A stretch of DNA of 31,058 nt from a bacterium (GTDB lineage: Bacteria; Hinthialibacterota; Hinthialibacteria; Hinthialibacterales; Hinthialibacteraceae): assembly GCA_041946805.1 (NCBI GenBank), contig JBHGBC010000056.1:1-31058 (forward strand), written 5' to 3'. The notes below the pieces were generated by a model. That model saw only the letters and a program-made list of their open reading frames with translations, did no database searches and was not told the DNA's origin. Each line of letters opens with the position of its first letter. Within the stretch, counting starts at the first letter, position 1. This document shows, in pieces, positions 7,665 through 16,403 of this stretch. The translations under genes were made by a program, and so were the position numbers.

Positions 7665-9179
7665 ATGACCATGCGTGTTCTGGGATACAGCCTGATACTG
7701 TTGACGGCGGGGGCGTTTTCGGCCGTGGGGCAGGACGCCACGATCAAGATCGACATCGAACGGACCCTCGGCGCGATCGATCCCATGATCTACGGCGGAT
7801 TCATCGAGCATATGGGACGCTGCATCTATGGGGGCATCTATGAGCCAGGCAGTCCGCTCTCGGACGAAGACGGATTCCGCAAGGATACCCTACAGGCCAT
7901 CCGGCATCTTCAGATGCCGGTCATCCGCTGGCCGGGGGGCAATTTTTCGTCCGGCTACCACTGGATGGAGGGCATCGGCCCGCGCGGGAAGCGTCCCGCC
8001 CGCGTGGAGCTGGCTTGGGGAAGCGTGGAAAGCAACGCCATCGGCACGGATGAATACCTCGCCTGGTGCCGCAAGGTGGGGACCGAACCATACATCTGCG
8101 TCAACATGGGAACCGGCAGTTGGGAAGAGGCCCGCGCCTGGGTGGAATACTGCAACCGTCCCAAAGGGACCCAGTACGCCGACCTGCGCGTCCAGAACGG
8201 CCACGAGGAACCGTACGGCGTGAAATATTGGGGATTGGGCAATGAAATCGACGGTCCCTGGCAGATGGGTTACAAAAACGCCGTGGATTACTCCAAATTC
8301 GCCCTCGAAGCCGCCAAACTGATGAAATGGATGGACAATAAAATCCAACTCATCGCCTCCGGCTCCAGCCACTTCGGCGCGGACTGGATGGAATGGAACC
8401 GCACGGTGCTGGAAACGCTGCGGGATCAGATCGATTTCATCTCGCTGCACACCTACGTCGGCAGCCGCGGGGATTACCTTGAATTCATGGCGCAACCGGT
8501 GAACGTGGACCGGCGCATCGAGCGCACCGCCGCGCTGATCGAGGAGACCCGCCTGCGCCATAACCTTCAGAAGCCCATTTACATCGCCTTCGACGAATAC
8601 AACGTCTGGCACCGCGCCAATGAGCAGTACGAGGTCCCCTACGTGTTCGAAGACGCGCTGGTGGTGGCCGGATTTCTCAACTCATTCGTGCGCCATGCCG
8701 ATTCAGTCAAGATGGCCAACATGGCCCAGGTGGTCAACGTGCTGGCGCCTATCCACGTGGAGGAGCGGGGGCTTTATCTGCACACCATTTATTACGCCCT
8801 GCAACTCTTCGCGCGGCATTGCCATGGCCAGGCCCTGGATATCTTCGTGAAATCGCCCACGTTCGACGCGGCGGGATTCAAGGGCGTGCCTTACCTCGAT
8901 GTCAGCGCCGCCTACCATCCGGCGAAAAAGCAACTGATCATCGCGGCCGTCAACCGCCATCAGGAGCAAGCCCTCAGCACCCGGATTGTCAATCAATCCG
9001 GCGGATTGAAGGATCAGGCGAAGGTGTATGAACTTTTCCATGAGGATCTGAAAGCGGCCAATTCGTTCGACGGCGCGCCGGTGCAACCCGTGGAGAAAAC
9101 CACATCCTGCCAGGCGGACGGCCTGACCTATACCTTCCCGCCCCACTCCTTCACCATGATCGTGGCGGAGGTGGAATGA
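7665..9179 (+). CDS. abfA: Secreted alpha-L-arabinofuranosidase, GH51
   Basis: YGGFIEHMGRCIYGGIYEP, RWPGGNF, WGLGNE (acid/base), IAFDEYNVW (nucleophile) and MANMAQVVNV. Signal peptide present; GGGGAGG RBS. Confidence 0.93.
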   Translation: MTMRVLGYSLILLTAGAFSAVGQDATIKIDIERTLGAIDPMIYGGFIEHMGRCIYGGIYEPGSPLSDEDGFRKDTLQAIRHLQMPVIRWPGGNFSSGYHWMEGIGPRGKRPARVELAWGSVESNAIGTDEYLAWCRKVGTEPYICVNMGTGSWEEARAWVEYCNRPKGTQYADLRVQNGHEEPYGVKYWGLGNEIDGPWQMGYKNAVDYSKFALEAAKLMKWMDNKIQLIASGSSHFGADWMEWNRTVLETLRDQIDFISLHTYVGSRGDYLEFMAQPVNVDRRIERTAALIEETRLRHNLQKPIYIAFDEYNVWHRANEQYEVPYVFEDALVVAGFLNSFVRHADSVKMANMAQVVNVLAPIHVEERGLYLHTIYYALQLFARHCHGQALDIFVKSPTFDAAGFKGVPYLDVSAAYHPAKKQLIIAAVNRHQEQALSTRIVNQSGGLKDQAKVYELFHEDLKAANSFDGAPVQPVEKTTSCQADGLTYTFPPHSFTMIVAEVE

Positions 9180-9203
9180 AATGATCCCGGGCCAGGATCC
9201 GGT

Positions 9204-10088
9204 ATGATCGATCCCCAGTTGCAGGACAAGGTGGTGCTCATCACCGGGGCCAATCACGGCATCGGAGCGGCCGCGGCGCGGGCGTTCGGCCGGCAAGGCG
9301 CGCGGATTTATCTGACCGCCTGCCGCGAACCTTCCCCCTATTCCGAAGAGGAACTGCGCCAGGCCCGGGAGAGTGGGACCGGCGGTGAAAAACACTTCAT
9401 AGCCCTGCAGCAACAGCCGCTCGATTCCGTTCTCCAGGGGCTCCGCTCCCAGGGCGCGGTGGCGGCGGGGTGGGAGGCCGATCTGGGAAAGGTGGAGCAT
9501 ATTCCTGAGTTGTTCGACCGGTGCGAGGAGGAGATAGGAACGCCCGATGTGTTGGTCAACAACCACACCTACGACCACTTGGACACGTTCGATCCCGAAC
9601 GAGCTAAACCGGGCGGGAAGTGGTTCGGCGAATACGCCGTGGAACTGATAGGCGCCAGGAACGTGGACCGGACCTTCGCCGTCAACACCCGCGCCTACGC
9701 CCTGCTGATGTGCGAGTACGTGATCCGGTATTGGAAGCGATCGAAAACCTGGGGGCGGATCATCAACATCAGCACCGACGCGGCGCACTGTCATGAATCC
9801 AATGTCAGTTACGCGGCCAGCAAGCACGCCATCGAATCGTACACCCGGTCGGCCGCGGTCGAGTTGGGGAAATACGGCATCACGGTCAATGTGATCGCGC
9901 CCGGACCGATCCAAACCGGCTACATGACGCCGGAGATGGTCACCAACCTCGAACAGGGCGTCCCGTTGCGCCGGGTAGGAAGGCCGGAGGATGTCGCGGA
10001 CGTGATCGTTTTCCTGGCTTCCGTACAGGCGCGGTGGCTGACCGGCCAATTGTTGTATGTGGGCGGCGGCTGGAGAATGCATCAATAG
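9204..10088 (+). CDS. Short-chain dehydrogenase/reductase (FabG-like)
   Basis: TGANHGIG Rossmann motif, IINIST, YAASK catalytic motif, VNVIAPGPIQT and LTGQLLYVGGG. Confidence 0.92.
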   Translation: MIDPQLQDKVVLITGANHGIGAAAARAFGRQGARIYLTACREPSPYSEEELRQARESGTGGEKHFIALQQQPLDSVLQGLRSQGAVAAGWEADLGKVEHIPELFDRCEEEIGTPDVLVNNHTYDHLDTFDPERAKPGGKWFGEYAVELIGARNVDRTFAVNTRAYALLMCEYVIRYWKRSKTWGRIINISTDAAHCHESNVSYAASKHAIESYTRSAAVELGKYGITVNVIAPGPIQTGYMTPEMVTNLEQGVPLRRVGRPEDVADVIVFLASVQARWLTGQLLYVGGGWRMHQ

Positions 10089-10289
10089 AAGCCAGAATGG
10101 ATCAGGTGTTTCCGGGGCGGTGGCCCTGACTGAATCGGGATGCGCCCTTACGGGGTTTTTCCCTCCTCGATCTGATCCTCTCCCGCAAGCGGAGGGGAAG
10201 AGAGAAGCGAGGCAGGATTTTGGCCTTTTTCCCCGGATGGAAATCCGGGGCTGCCAAAGTGCGGTCTTATCAAGACTGAAAGTGGCTTG

Positions 10290-10338
10290 ACAATTCCCTC
10301 CCAACCTTCCCCGGACATCGGGGGAGCAAACCAGAATC
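10290..10338 (-). repeat. REP-like family B copy (degenerate)
   Basis: Its reverse complement gattctggtttgctcccccgatgtccggggaaggttgggagggaattg aligns with 2449-2497. Confidence 0.6.
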
Positions 10339-10594
10339 AAAAGACTCCTGGAACCATTGCCGGTGATCCGCCGGCGCGGAGAAGGCCCACGCGGGCAAGA
10401 TGCCGGCGCCCTGGAAGGATTTTGCTAACTCGGGCGTATATGCGGGGGAGATGGGGGATGGCGTTTCGTATGCGCCGGGAGGTCCGGGATCGTAGGGATT
10501 TCGGGCCGCGCGTGAATTCCTTGCGCGTTTCCGCCGGTGGAACCTCGTTCCCAGGGGTGGGTTTGATAAGTAATTAAACGAGATAAAATGCTAA

Positions 10595-10611
10595 ATATAT
10601 TGACAATATAT
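10595..10611. promoter_or_regulatory. Perfect 8-1-8 palindrome, candidate operator
   Basis: ATATATTG-A-CAATATAT, about 75 bp upstream of the tad -35 box. Confidence 0.45.
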
Positions 10612-10662
10612 GCCGATAAAATACATAAATAACCCGGTATAAATTGAATCGAAAAAATATCC

Positions 10663-10712
10663 GGAAAAAAAATAAAAAAATACTTGACAATATGTAACGA
10701 ATGAATTATGAT
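10663..10712 (+). promoter_or_regulatory. Sigma70 promoter of the flp/tad locus with an A-tract UP element
   Basis: TTGACA (10684-10689), a 17-nt spacer and TATGAT (10707-10712), preceded by ggaaaaaaaataaaaaaa. Confidence 0.75.
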
Positions 10713-10946
10713 TGCAAATATGTTCGAGAAGAAATGGGGTAAATGGGATCAATCCGGGGTAGTGTCAAGAGCAGCAAGCCGGGTGTCTTTCTTGCCTCAT
10801 AATCAAATAAAAATAATGGGATTGAGGGGTATTTATCATCTGGATCTCTATAATGCGGGTTGTAGGGAGGACGATTTATTTTGCGTCGAGAATTCCTTAC
10901 TTGCATGAGTAAGGATGTAAAAAAACATTACTTGGAGGATGAAATC

Positions 10947-11141
10947 ATGAAGACCACCATCAACGCCGTAAAGCACTTCATTCTGAGCGAAGACGGGCCG
11001 ACCGCGGTCGAATACGCCGTGACCGCGGCGCTGGTCATCATCGCCGCCATCGCGGGCATCTCCGCGCTGGGCACGGGATTGAACACCTGGTTCGACGCCA
11101 CGGGCACCTACGTGGGCGAGCTGGGACCCACCACTCCGTAA
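10947..11141 (+). CDS. flp: Flp type IVc (Tad) major pilin
   Basis: 64 aa. EDG|PTAVEYA Flp motif followed by a hydrophobic helix. GGAGG RBS at 10934. Confidence 0.95.
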   Translation: MKTTINAVKHFILSEDGPTAVEYAVTAALVIIAAIAGISALGTGLNTWFDATGTYVGELGPTTP

Positions 11142-11191
11142 CGGATCGTGGGGCATACGGAACACGGATGACAGGGTTGACCGGGTGATAC

Positions 11192-11275
11192 GAGGGAGAG
11201 TTGCTTGGGCCATGGAAACCAACATCGCGCCGCGCATCGGGAATTTCCATTCAGTGTCCGGAGCAACTCTCCCTC
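11192..11275 (+). promoter_or_regulatory. Long stem-loop between flp and cpaA (attenuator or mRNA processing/stability element)
   Basis: Perfect 14-bp stem gagggagagttgct/agcaactctccctc, extended by gggc/gtcc and atggaaa/tttccat. Confidence 0.6.
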
Positions 11276-11341
11276 CGCGTTTGGGCGCGCGCCCGGCGGA
11301 GAGAGGAAGAGTCGAGAGGATGGAGGGGAGAGGAGCCTGAC

Positions 11342-11863
11342 ATGACGAATCCGGAAACCATCAGCGCCGTGGTGATACTGGCCATCGCCGCCTACATCGA
11401 CTGGAAGGAGCACCGGGTGCCGAACTGGTTGACGTTCAGCGCCTGGGGTTGCGCGTTGTTGTATCACGGGATGACGGGCGGGATGGAGGGATTCACGCGG
11501 AGCCTGGCGGGGAGCGGGGTGGGTTTGGCGACCTTGATCATCCCGTATCTGCTGCGGGGGATGGGGGCCGGGGATGTCAAGTTGATGGCGGCAGTAGGGG
11601 CCTGGGTAGGGGCGTGGGCGACGGTCCAGGCGTTTGTGTGGATCGCTCTGGCGGGAGGCGCCATGGGATTGTTTGCGATCCTGCGGTCGCGGGAAGCGAA
11701 GGAGCGGTTCCAAACGGTATGGCGGGCCGGGCGCAATCTGTTCCAGTTACAGGACCTGGAGACGGGGGCGCCGGCGGCGAAGCCGGGCCGGATCCTATTG
11801 CCCTACGGAGTACCCATCGCTTTCGGATATTACGCCTATTTCCTGTTTGGAGGTTTGATCTGA
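11342..11863 (+). CDS. cpaA: Prepilin peptidase CpaA/TadV (A24 family)
   Basis: AYIDWKEHRVPN and GMGAGDVKL contain the two catalytic Asp residues. C-terminal LPYGVPIAFG; multiple TM helices; AGGAG RBS. Confidence 0.93.
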   Translation: MTNPETISAVVILAIAAYIDWKEHRVPNWLTFSAWGCALLYHGMTGGMEGFTRSLAGSGVGLATLIIPYLLRGMGAGDVKLMAAVGAWVGAWATVQAFVWIALAGGAMGLFAILRSREAKERFQTVWRAGRNLFQLQDLETGAPAAKPGRILLPYGVPIAFGYYAYFLFGGLI

Positions 11864-12303
11864 TGGAAGGGCGGTCCAGTTTCCAGAAGGGAAGCAACGG
11901 AATGCGGCGCGGCGAGAAGGGCGGGGCCGTCGTGGAGATGGCGGTGATCATGCCCATTCTCTTCATGTTTTTGTTCGGGATCGTGGAATTCGGGCGGATC
12001 ATGATGGTAAGCCATTCGTTGAACAACGCGGCCCGGGCGGGGGCGCGGGTGGCGGTGCTGCCCGGGGCCACGAACGCCGCGGTGGTGGCGGCCATCACGA
12101 ACGAGTTGGCGGGGACGGGGCTGACGATGGATTCGTACCAGTTGAGTCCCGAGGACGTAAGCGCCGCCGAGCGGGACGATCCCATCACCGTGCGGGTCAC
12201 GATCAATTACGACTCGATCACCTGGGTGGCCGGTTTCTTTCCCGGCCTGAGCGGCACGCAGTTGCACGGGACGGTGATCATGCGGAAAGAGGGATTCGGA
12301 TGA
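11863..12303 (+). CDS. tadE: TadE/TadF-like pseudopilin
   Basis: KG|GAVVEMAVIMP...GIVEFGR...AARAGAR motif. TGATG overlap with cpaA; alternative start at 11902. Confidence 0.9.
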   Translation: MEGRSSFQKGSNGMRRGEKGGAVVEMAVIMPILFMFLFGIVEFGRIMMVSHSLNNAARAGARVAVLPGATNAAVVAAITNELAGTGLTMDSYQLSPEDVSAAERDDPITVRVTINYDSITWVAGFFPGLSGTQLHGTVIMRKEGFG

Positions 12304-12439
12304 GGCGCGGGGGACGGGGAGTGAAGGATAAGGAATCCGACAGGCCTGGGGATTTTCCATGTTGTTCGGCGCAAGCCGAGGGGTTGTCCGGCGCGGTGCA
12401 AGGGAGGACGGAGTCCACTTGTCAAGAGGCGGTGACATC

Positions 12440-13297
12440 ATGACGAAGAGTGCGGGATTGTTGGTATTGATTTTCGCGATTATGTCGGGATTCATTGCGA
12501 GCGCGACGGTGATCAAGTACGTGCGCCAGCAAGAGAATCAGCAGACCGTGCTGGCCACGACCACGCAGCCGGTGGTGATTGCCAAGGAGACGATCCCGGT
12601 GGGGACCGCCATACAGCCCAACCAGGTGGAAGTCGTGCAGCGCGCGCCGGAGACGCTGCCGGCGAACGCCATCAAGGCGCAGAGCGAGGCGGCGGGGCGG
12701 GTGACGCGGTCGACCATCTATCCCGGCGAGGTGATCGTGGGCGACCGGCTGGCGGACGCGAGCGGTCCGGGCGGGCTGCCCTTGTTGATTCCCAAGAACA
12801 TGCGGGCCATCACCCTGAAGGTGGACGACACGATCAGCGTGGCGGGATTTGTCCGGCCCGGGCATCACGTTGATGTGGTAACGACCATCGACGTGGACCG
12901 GGACATGGGGAATACGATCAGCAAGACCATCCTGCAAAACGTGAAGGTGATCGCCACGGGGCAGGAAGTGGAGAACAGCGACGAGCCGAAGAAATCGAAG
13001 CTGGTGCCCACCGTCACGGTCCTGGTCACTCTGGAACAGGCCGAGCGGCTGGCCCTGGCGATCAACGCCGGCACCATCCGTCTGGTGCTGCGCAATCATG
13101 ACGACAACTCGGAGACGCCCACGGAAGGGGTCACCTTGTACAGTTTGATCCCGCAGGCGCAGAAGGATGTTCAACTGCCCGCGCCGGAGCCGGTGGCCGA
13201 CGAGTCCGCCCCGGTGGTGGAGGAGCCGGTCAACCAGCTGCGGACCATCGAGGTGTACCGGGGATCGGATAAAAGCGAAGTGACGTTCGCGAACTGA
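12440..13297 (+). CDS. cpaB: Flp pilus assembly protein CpaB/RcpC
   Basis: N-terminal TM helix, SAF domain (VVIAKETIPVG), MRAITLKVD..VAGFVRPG.HVDV, ILQNVKVIA and IRLVLRN. Confidence 0.93.
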   Translation: MTKSAGLLVLIFAIMSGFIASATVIKYVRQQENQQTVLATTTQPVVIAKETIPVGTAIQPNQVEVVQRAPETLPANAIKAQSEAAGRVTRSTIYPGEVIVGDRLADASGPGGLPLLIPKNMRAITLKVDDTISVAGFVRPGHHVDVVTTIDVDRDMGNTISKTILQNVKVIATGQEVENSDEPKKSKLVPTVTVLVTLEQAERLALAINAGTIRLVLRNHDDNSETPTEGVTLYSLIPQAQKDVQLPAPEPVADESAPVVEEPVNQLRTIEVYRGSDKSEVTFAN

Positions 13298-13495
13298 GAA
13301 TGGCGCCGTACATCGGGGAGACGAAGGACCCTATTTTCCTGATGGCCGATCGGGAGAGGGAAGGGTGTTGCGGGGGAGGAGCCCGGCCGGTAAGCCGGGT
13401 GGCGTTCCTGCATCGTGTGGACGGAAAGATGGAAAGCCACCGCAACCGAAAACGCAGAGTCATGGAATTCAAGTCATTCCAACCGGGTGTTCATC

Positions 13496-15775
13496 ATGAA
13501 ACAGGAAGTCTTGAATCGCACGCATCATATCATGGGGATGTTGGCCGGCCTGTGGATTGGCCAGGCCGTGGCCGGGGCGGCCGCCTGGGGGCTGCCGCCC
13601 GCCTTTGAACTCCTGCCCAACCAGGAACGCCTCGAGATCGTCGTCAAAAAGTCGGCGATCGTCCGCCTGCAGCAGCCCGCCAGCCGGGTTTCCATCGTCG
13701 CTCCCGAAATCGCGGATGTCCAGATTCTGGATCCCAAACAGTTGTTGGTCACGGCCCAGTCGGCCGGGGAGACCACGCTGATCATTTGGGCCGAAGACAA
13801 CACCACCCGCATGATCGATGTGTGCGTGCGCTGGAACACCCGGATGATCGAAGAGACGTTGCGCAGCACCATGCCGGATGAGGCCATCCAGGTACTGCCC
13901 ATGCAAGACGGGGTGATCCTGCAAGGAGACGTGCGCGGCATCGGCAGCGCGGACAACGCGATGAACATCGCCAACTCGCTGGCGCCCAAGGTGGTCAATC
14001 TGTTGAACGTGCCGGGTGTCCACCAGGTGTTGTTGAAAGTGCGGGTGGCGGAAGTGGCGCGCTCCTTCCAAAAGGAAATGGGAGTGAACTTTCAATACCT
14101 GGACACGCATGTCCAGGGCGCCAACCTGTTGGGCGGCCTCGTGTCGGGCACGATCAACGAGGGCGAATTGAGCATCAGCGACGCCGTCAGCCTCTTTTTG
14201 GGATTTCCCGGGGCCGACATCTCCATGTTCGTGCAGGCCATGGAGGAGAAGGGGGTGCTGCGCCTTCTGGCGGAGCCCAATCTGGTGGCCCGCAGCGGGG
14301 AGACGGCGACGTTTCTGGCGGGCGGGGAGTTCCCGATCCCGGTGGTGCAGGGCGGGGGCTTCTCCAACGCCGTGACGATCGAGTACAAGGAGTACGGCGT
14401 CCGCCTCTCGTTCACGCCCACCGTCTTGAGCGAGCGCGTCATCCGGCTCGACATTTCGCCCGAAGTGAGCGACCTGGACTTTTCCCAGGGAATCAAGATC
14501 GGCGGATTCGTGGTGCCGACGGTGGTCACCCGGCGGGTCCACACGGTGGTCTCGCTGGAGAACGGCCAGTCGTTCGCCATCGCGGGTTTGATCAGCAGCA
14601 ACAAACAGAAAAACCGCCGGAAGATCCCCATGATCGGGGATATTCCCATGTTGGGCGGCCTGTTCCGCGGCGGCGAGTTGTCCGAGAAGGAAACCGAACT
14701 GTTGGTGCTGGTCACGCCCAACCTGGTCGCGCCGCTCGGGCAGGCGGATACGTATCCGATACCGGGGAATTATCTGGAGGAGCCCGGAAAGAGTCCGTTC
14801 CTGGAAGACGACGGTTGGAAGGCCAATCCCTTCACCCAGGAGAAGAAAGGGGAAGCCGCCGGGCCGGAAGAATCCATGAAGCCGTTGGAGCCCGCGGAAA
14901 ATCATCCAGTTTCGGAATCCCCATCAACTGAACTGCAATCCTCGGAGTTGAAACCGGCTGCAGTGAAATCCCCGGAGTTCAAAGCTCCGGAAATGGGGAA
15001 ATCATCCGAGCTCCTGAAATCCGGTGAAGCGCCGGTCCCGGTGGTTCCCGCGGGGGAGGGCCAGCCGGCGGGCGGTCGGCGGGCGGTCAAGACGTTATCG
15101 CCCGACGAGGTCCGTCCGGTGATTACGCCGTCACCGCCCGGAAGGGGGGCGCATCCCGCGCGGTCCGCCGAAGAACCATCCGCGCCACCGGTGGAGCCGG
15201 CGCCCCCGGCCCAGACCTCGGCCGTGAAGCCGGTCGTGAAGCCGGCCGCGGCCTTGGAAGCGGCGCCCGCGCCGAAGTCCCTTCCTTCGCCAGAACCCGC
15301 CGCCCCTCCGAAGCCGGAGCCGGGCAAGGCTAAAACCCCGAAGGCAGGCGAAAGCCATGATTCCAGTGATAAATCCATGGAAATGCACGATGAAGGAGCG
15401 CCCGCGGTTTCGCGCGGCGTGGCGGAGCCTGAGGCGGTTCCTCCCATGGAGGAGGTGGAGATCGCATCCGCTTCCCTGCAGCCCGTGGCGGTCACGTACA
15501 CGGTTACCCGGACCGCCTGGATTCCTCCGGAGGCCGTGGGGGGCGTGGTGGATATGTATTCCAAGCCCGGTTTTTATTCGCAGGGAAGTCCGTCCGCCCG
15601 CGCGCCGCGGTATGAGATCACGTCGGCGGGGCTGATGCCGATCAAGCCGGGATTTCAGCTGACGACGGAAGCGTCTCCGGCCGTGGAACCCTATGGCCGA
15701 CCCGGGGCGCCCGCCCGTCCGTGGTCCGGAATGAGGCTGGACTGGACGCCGGGCATCGCGATCCGGAAGCCGTAA
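13496..15775 (+). CDS. cpaC: Tad secretin CpaC/RcpA with a long Pro/Ala/Glu-rich C-terminal extension
   Basis: QVLLKVRVAEV, LAEPNLVARSGETATFLAGGEFPIP, EYKEYGVRLSFTP, IPMLGGLFR and ETELLVLVTP. Start position uncertain (13496 chosen). Confidence 0.92.
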   Translation: MKQEVLNRTHHIMGMLAGLWIGQAVAGAAAWGLPPAFELLPNQERLEIVVKKSAIVRLQQPASRVSIVAPEIADVQILDPKQLLVTAQSAGETTLIIWAEDNTTRMIDVCVRWNTRMIEETLRSTMPDEAIQVLPMQDGVILQGDVRGIGSADNAMNIANSLAPKVVNLLNVPGVHQVLLKVRVAEVARSFQKEMGVNFQYLDTHVQGANLLGGLVSGTINEGELSISDAVSLFLGFPGADISMFVQAMEEKGVLRLLAEPNLVARSGETATFLAGGEFPIPVVQGGGFSNAVTIEYKEYGVRLSFTPTVLSERVIRLDISPEVSDLDFSQGIKIGGFVVPTVVTRRVHTVVSLENGQSFAIAGLISSNKQKNRRKIPMIGDIPMLGGLFRGGELSEKETELLVLVTPNLVAPLGQADTYPIPGNYLEEPGKSPFLEDDGWKANPFTQEKKGEAAGPEESMKPLEPAENHPVSESPSTELQSSELKPAAVKSPEFKAPEMGKSSELLKSGEAPVPVVPAGEGQPAGGRRAVKTLSPDEVRPVITPSPPGRGAHPARSAEEPSAPPVEPAPPAQTSAVKPVVKPAAALEAAPAPKSLPSPEPAAPPKPEPGKAKTPKAGESHDSSDKSMEMHDEGAPAVSRGVAEPEAVPPMEEVEIASASLQPVAVTYTVTRTAWIPPEAVGGVVDMYSKPGFYSQGSPSARAPRYEITSAGLMPIKPGFQLTTEASPAVEPYGRPGAPARPWSGMRLDWTPGIAIRKP

Positions 15776-15788
15776 AGGAGCGTGCGTC

Positions 15789-15995
15789 ATGGAGAACAAA
15801 AGGAAAAAGCAATCTGTTTTGATGGCTGCGGTGGTTTCCGCGGTGTTGTTCCTGCTGGTGATGCTGATCCAGAACGCGCGGTGGGTGTCGCCGGCGTGGG
15901 GCGAGACGCGGCCCGCGTGGAGCGGGATTCATGTGGCGGTGGCGGAGCGGCCGGCGTCCGCGGGACCGGCGGTGAGCGGAGAAAGCGCCGGGTGA
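15789..15995 (+). CDS. Small hypothetical membrane/exported protein (68 aa)
   Basis: AAGGAG RBS immediately after the cpaC stop. Basic N-terminus KRKK followed by a hydrophobic helix. Confidence 0.55.
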   Translation: MENKRKKQSVLMAAVVSAVLFLLVMLIQNARWVSPAWGETRPAWSGIHVAVAERPASAGPAVSGESAG

Positions 15996-16016
15996 CATGT
16001 CCGGAGAGGCCAAATC

Positions 16017-16403
16017 ATGAGAGCGTCCGCCCGTTTGTGGTGCTGCGCCGGGATCGCGGGAGCCGCTTGGCTGGGAATCGCCGGGGGATTTCTGGCGCTG
16101 TTGCCGGAGCCGGACGGGAATGGCGGAATGGGAGTCCGGGAGCCGGCGTATCCAGCGGAGCAGGCGTGGGAAGCCGGGAAAGCAAGCGCGGCCGAGAAAT
16201 CCGAAGTCAACAAACCAGGCGGGGAAGCTGGACTTAATCCAGTCAATCGGCCACTGAAGCCAGCGCCCCTCACTTCCCGGTTCGGTGAGGGTCCCCGTCT
16301 GGTTTATTCCAACCGGGAGGAGTCCCCGTCCGTGGGGAGGGGAGGCTCCGGCGGACTGCGGGAGCAAATCCGGCTGGAAGGAGAGGGAAGGTGGAAAAGA
16401 TGA
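16017..16403 (+). CDS. Hypothetical membrane-anchored protein (128 aa)
   Basis: GGAGAGG upstream, an N-terminal hydrophobic stretch, and a stop that overlaps ATG 16400 of cpaE (ATGA). Confidence 0.4.
   Translation: MRASARLWCCAGIAGAAWLGIAGGFLALLPEPDGNGGMGVREPAYPAEQAWEAGKASAAEKSEVNKPGGEAGLNPVNRPLKPAPLTSRFGEGPRLVYSNREESPSVGRGGSGGLREQIRLEGEGRWKR

Noticed and set aside
10560..10946. Possible oriC (AT-rich tract near a skew change)
   Set aside because: No DnaA-box cluster is present. The only perfect TGTGGATAA noticed is inside a CDS at 2242, and the tract is explained by the flp promoter.
10719..10946. c-di-GMP riboswitch in the flp leader
   Set aside because: No GEMM-I GGCAAA..GAAA..GACGCAAAGC core or class II pattern is recognisable.
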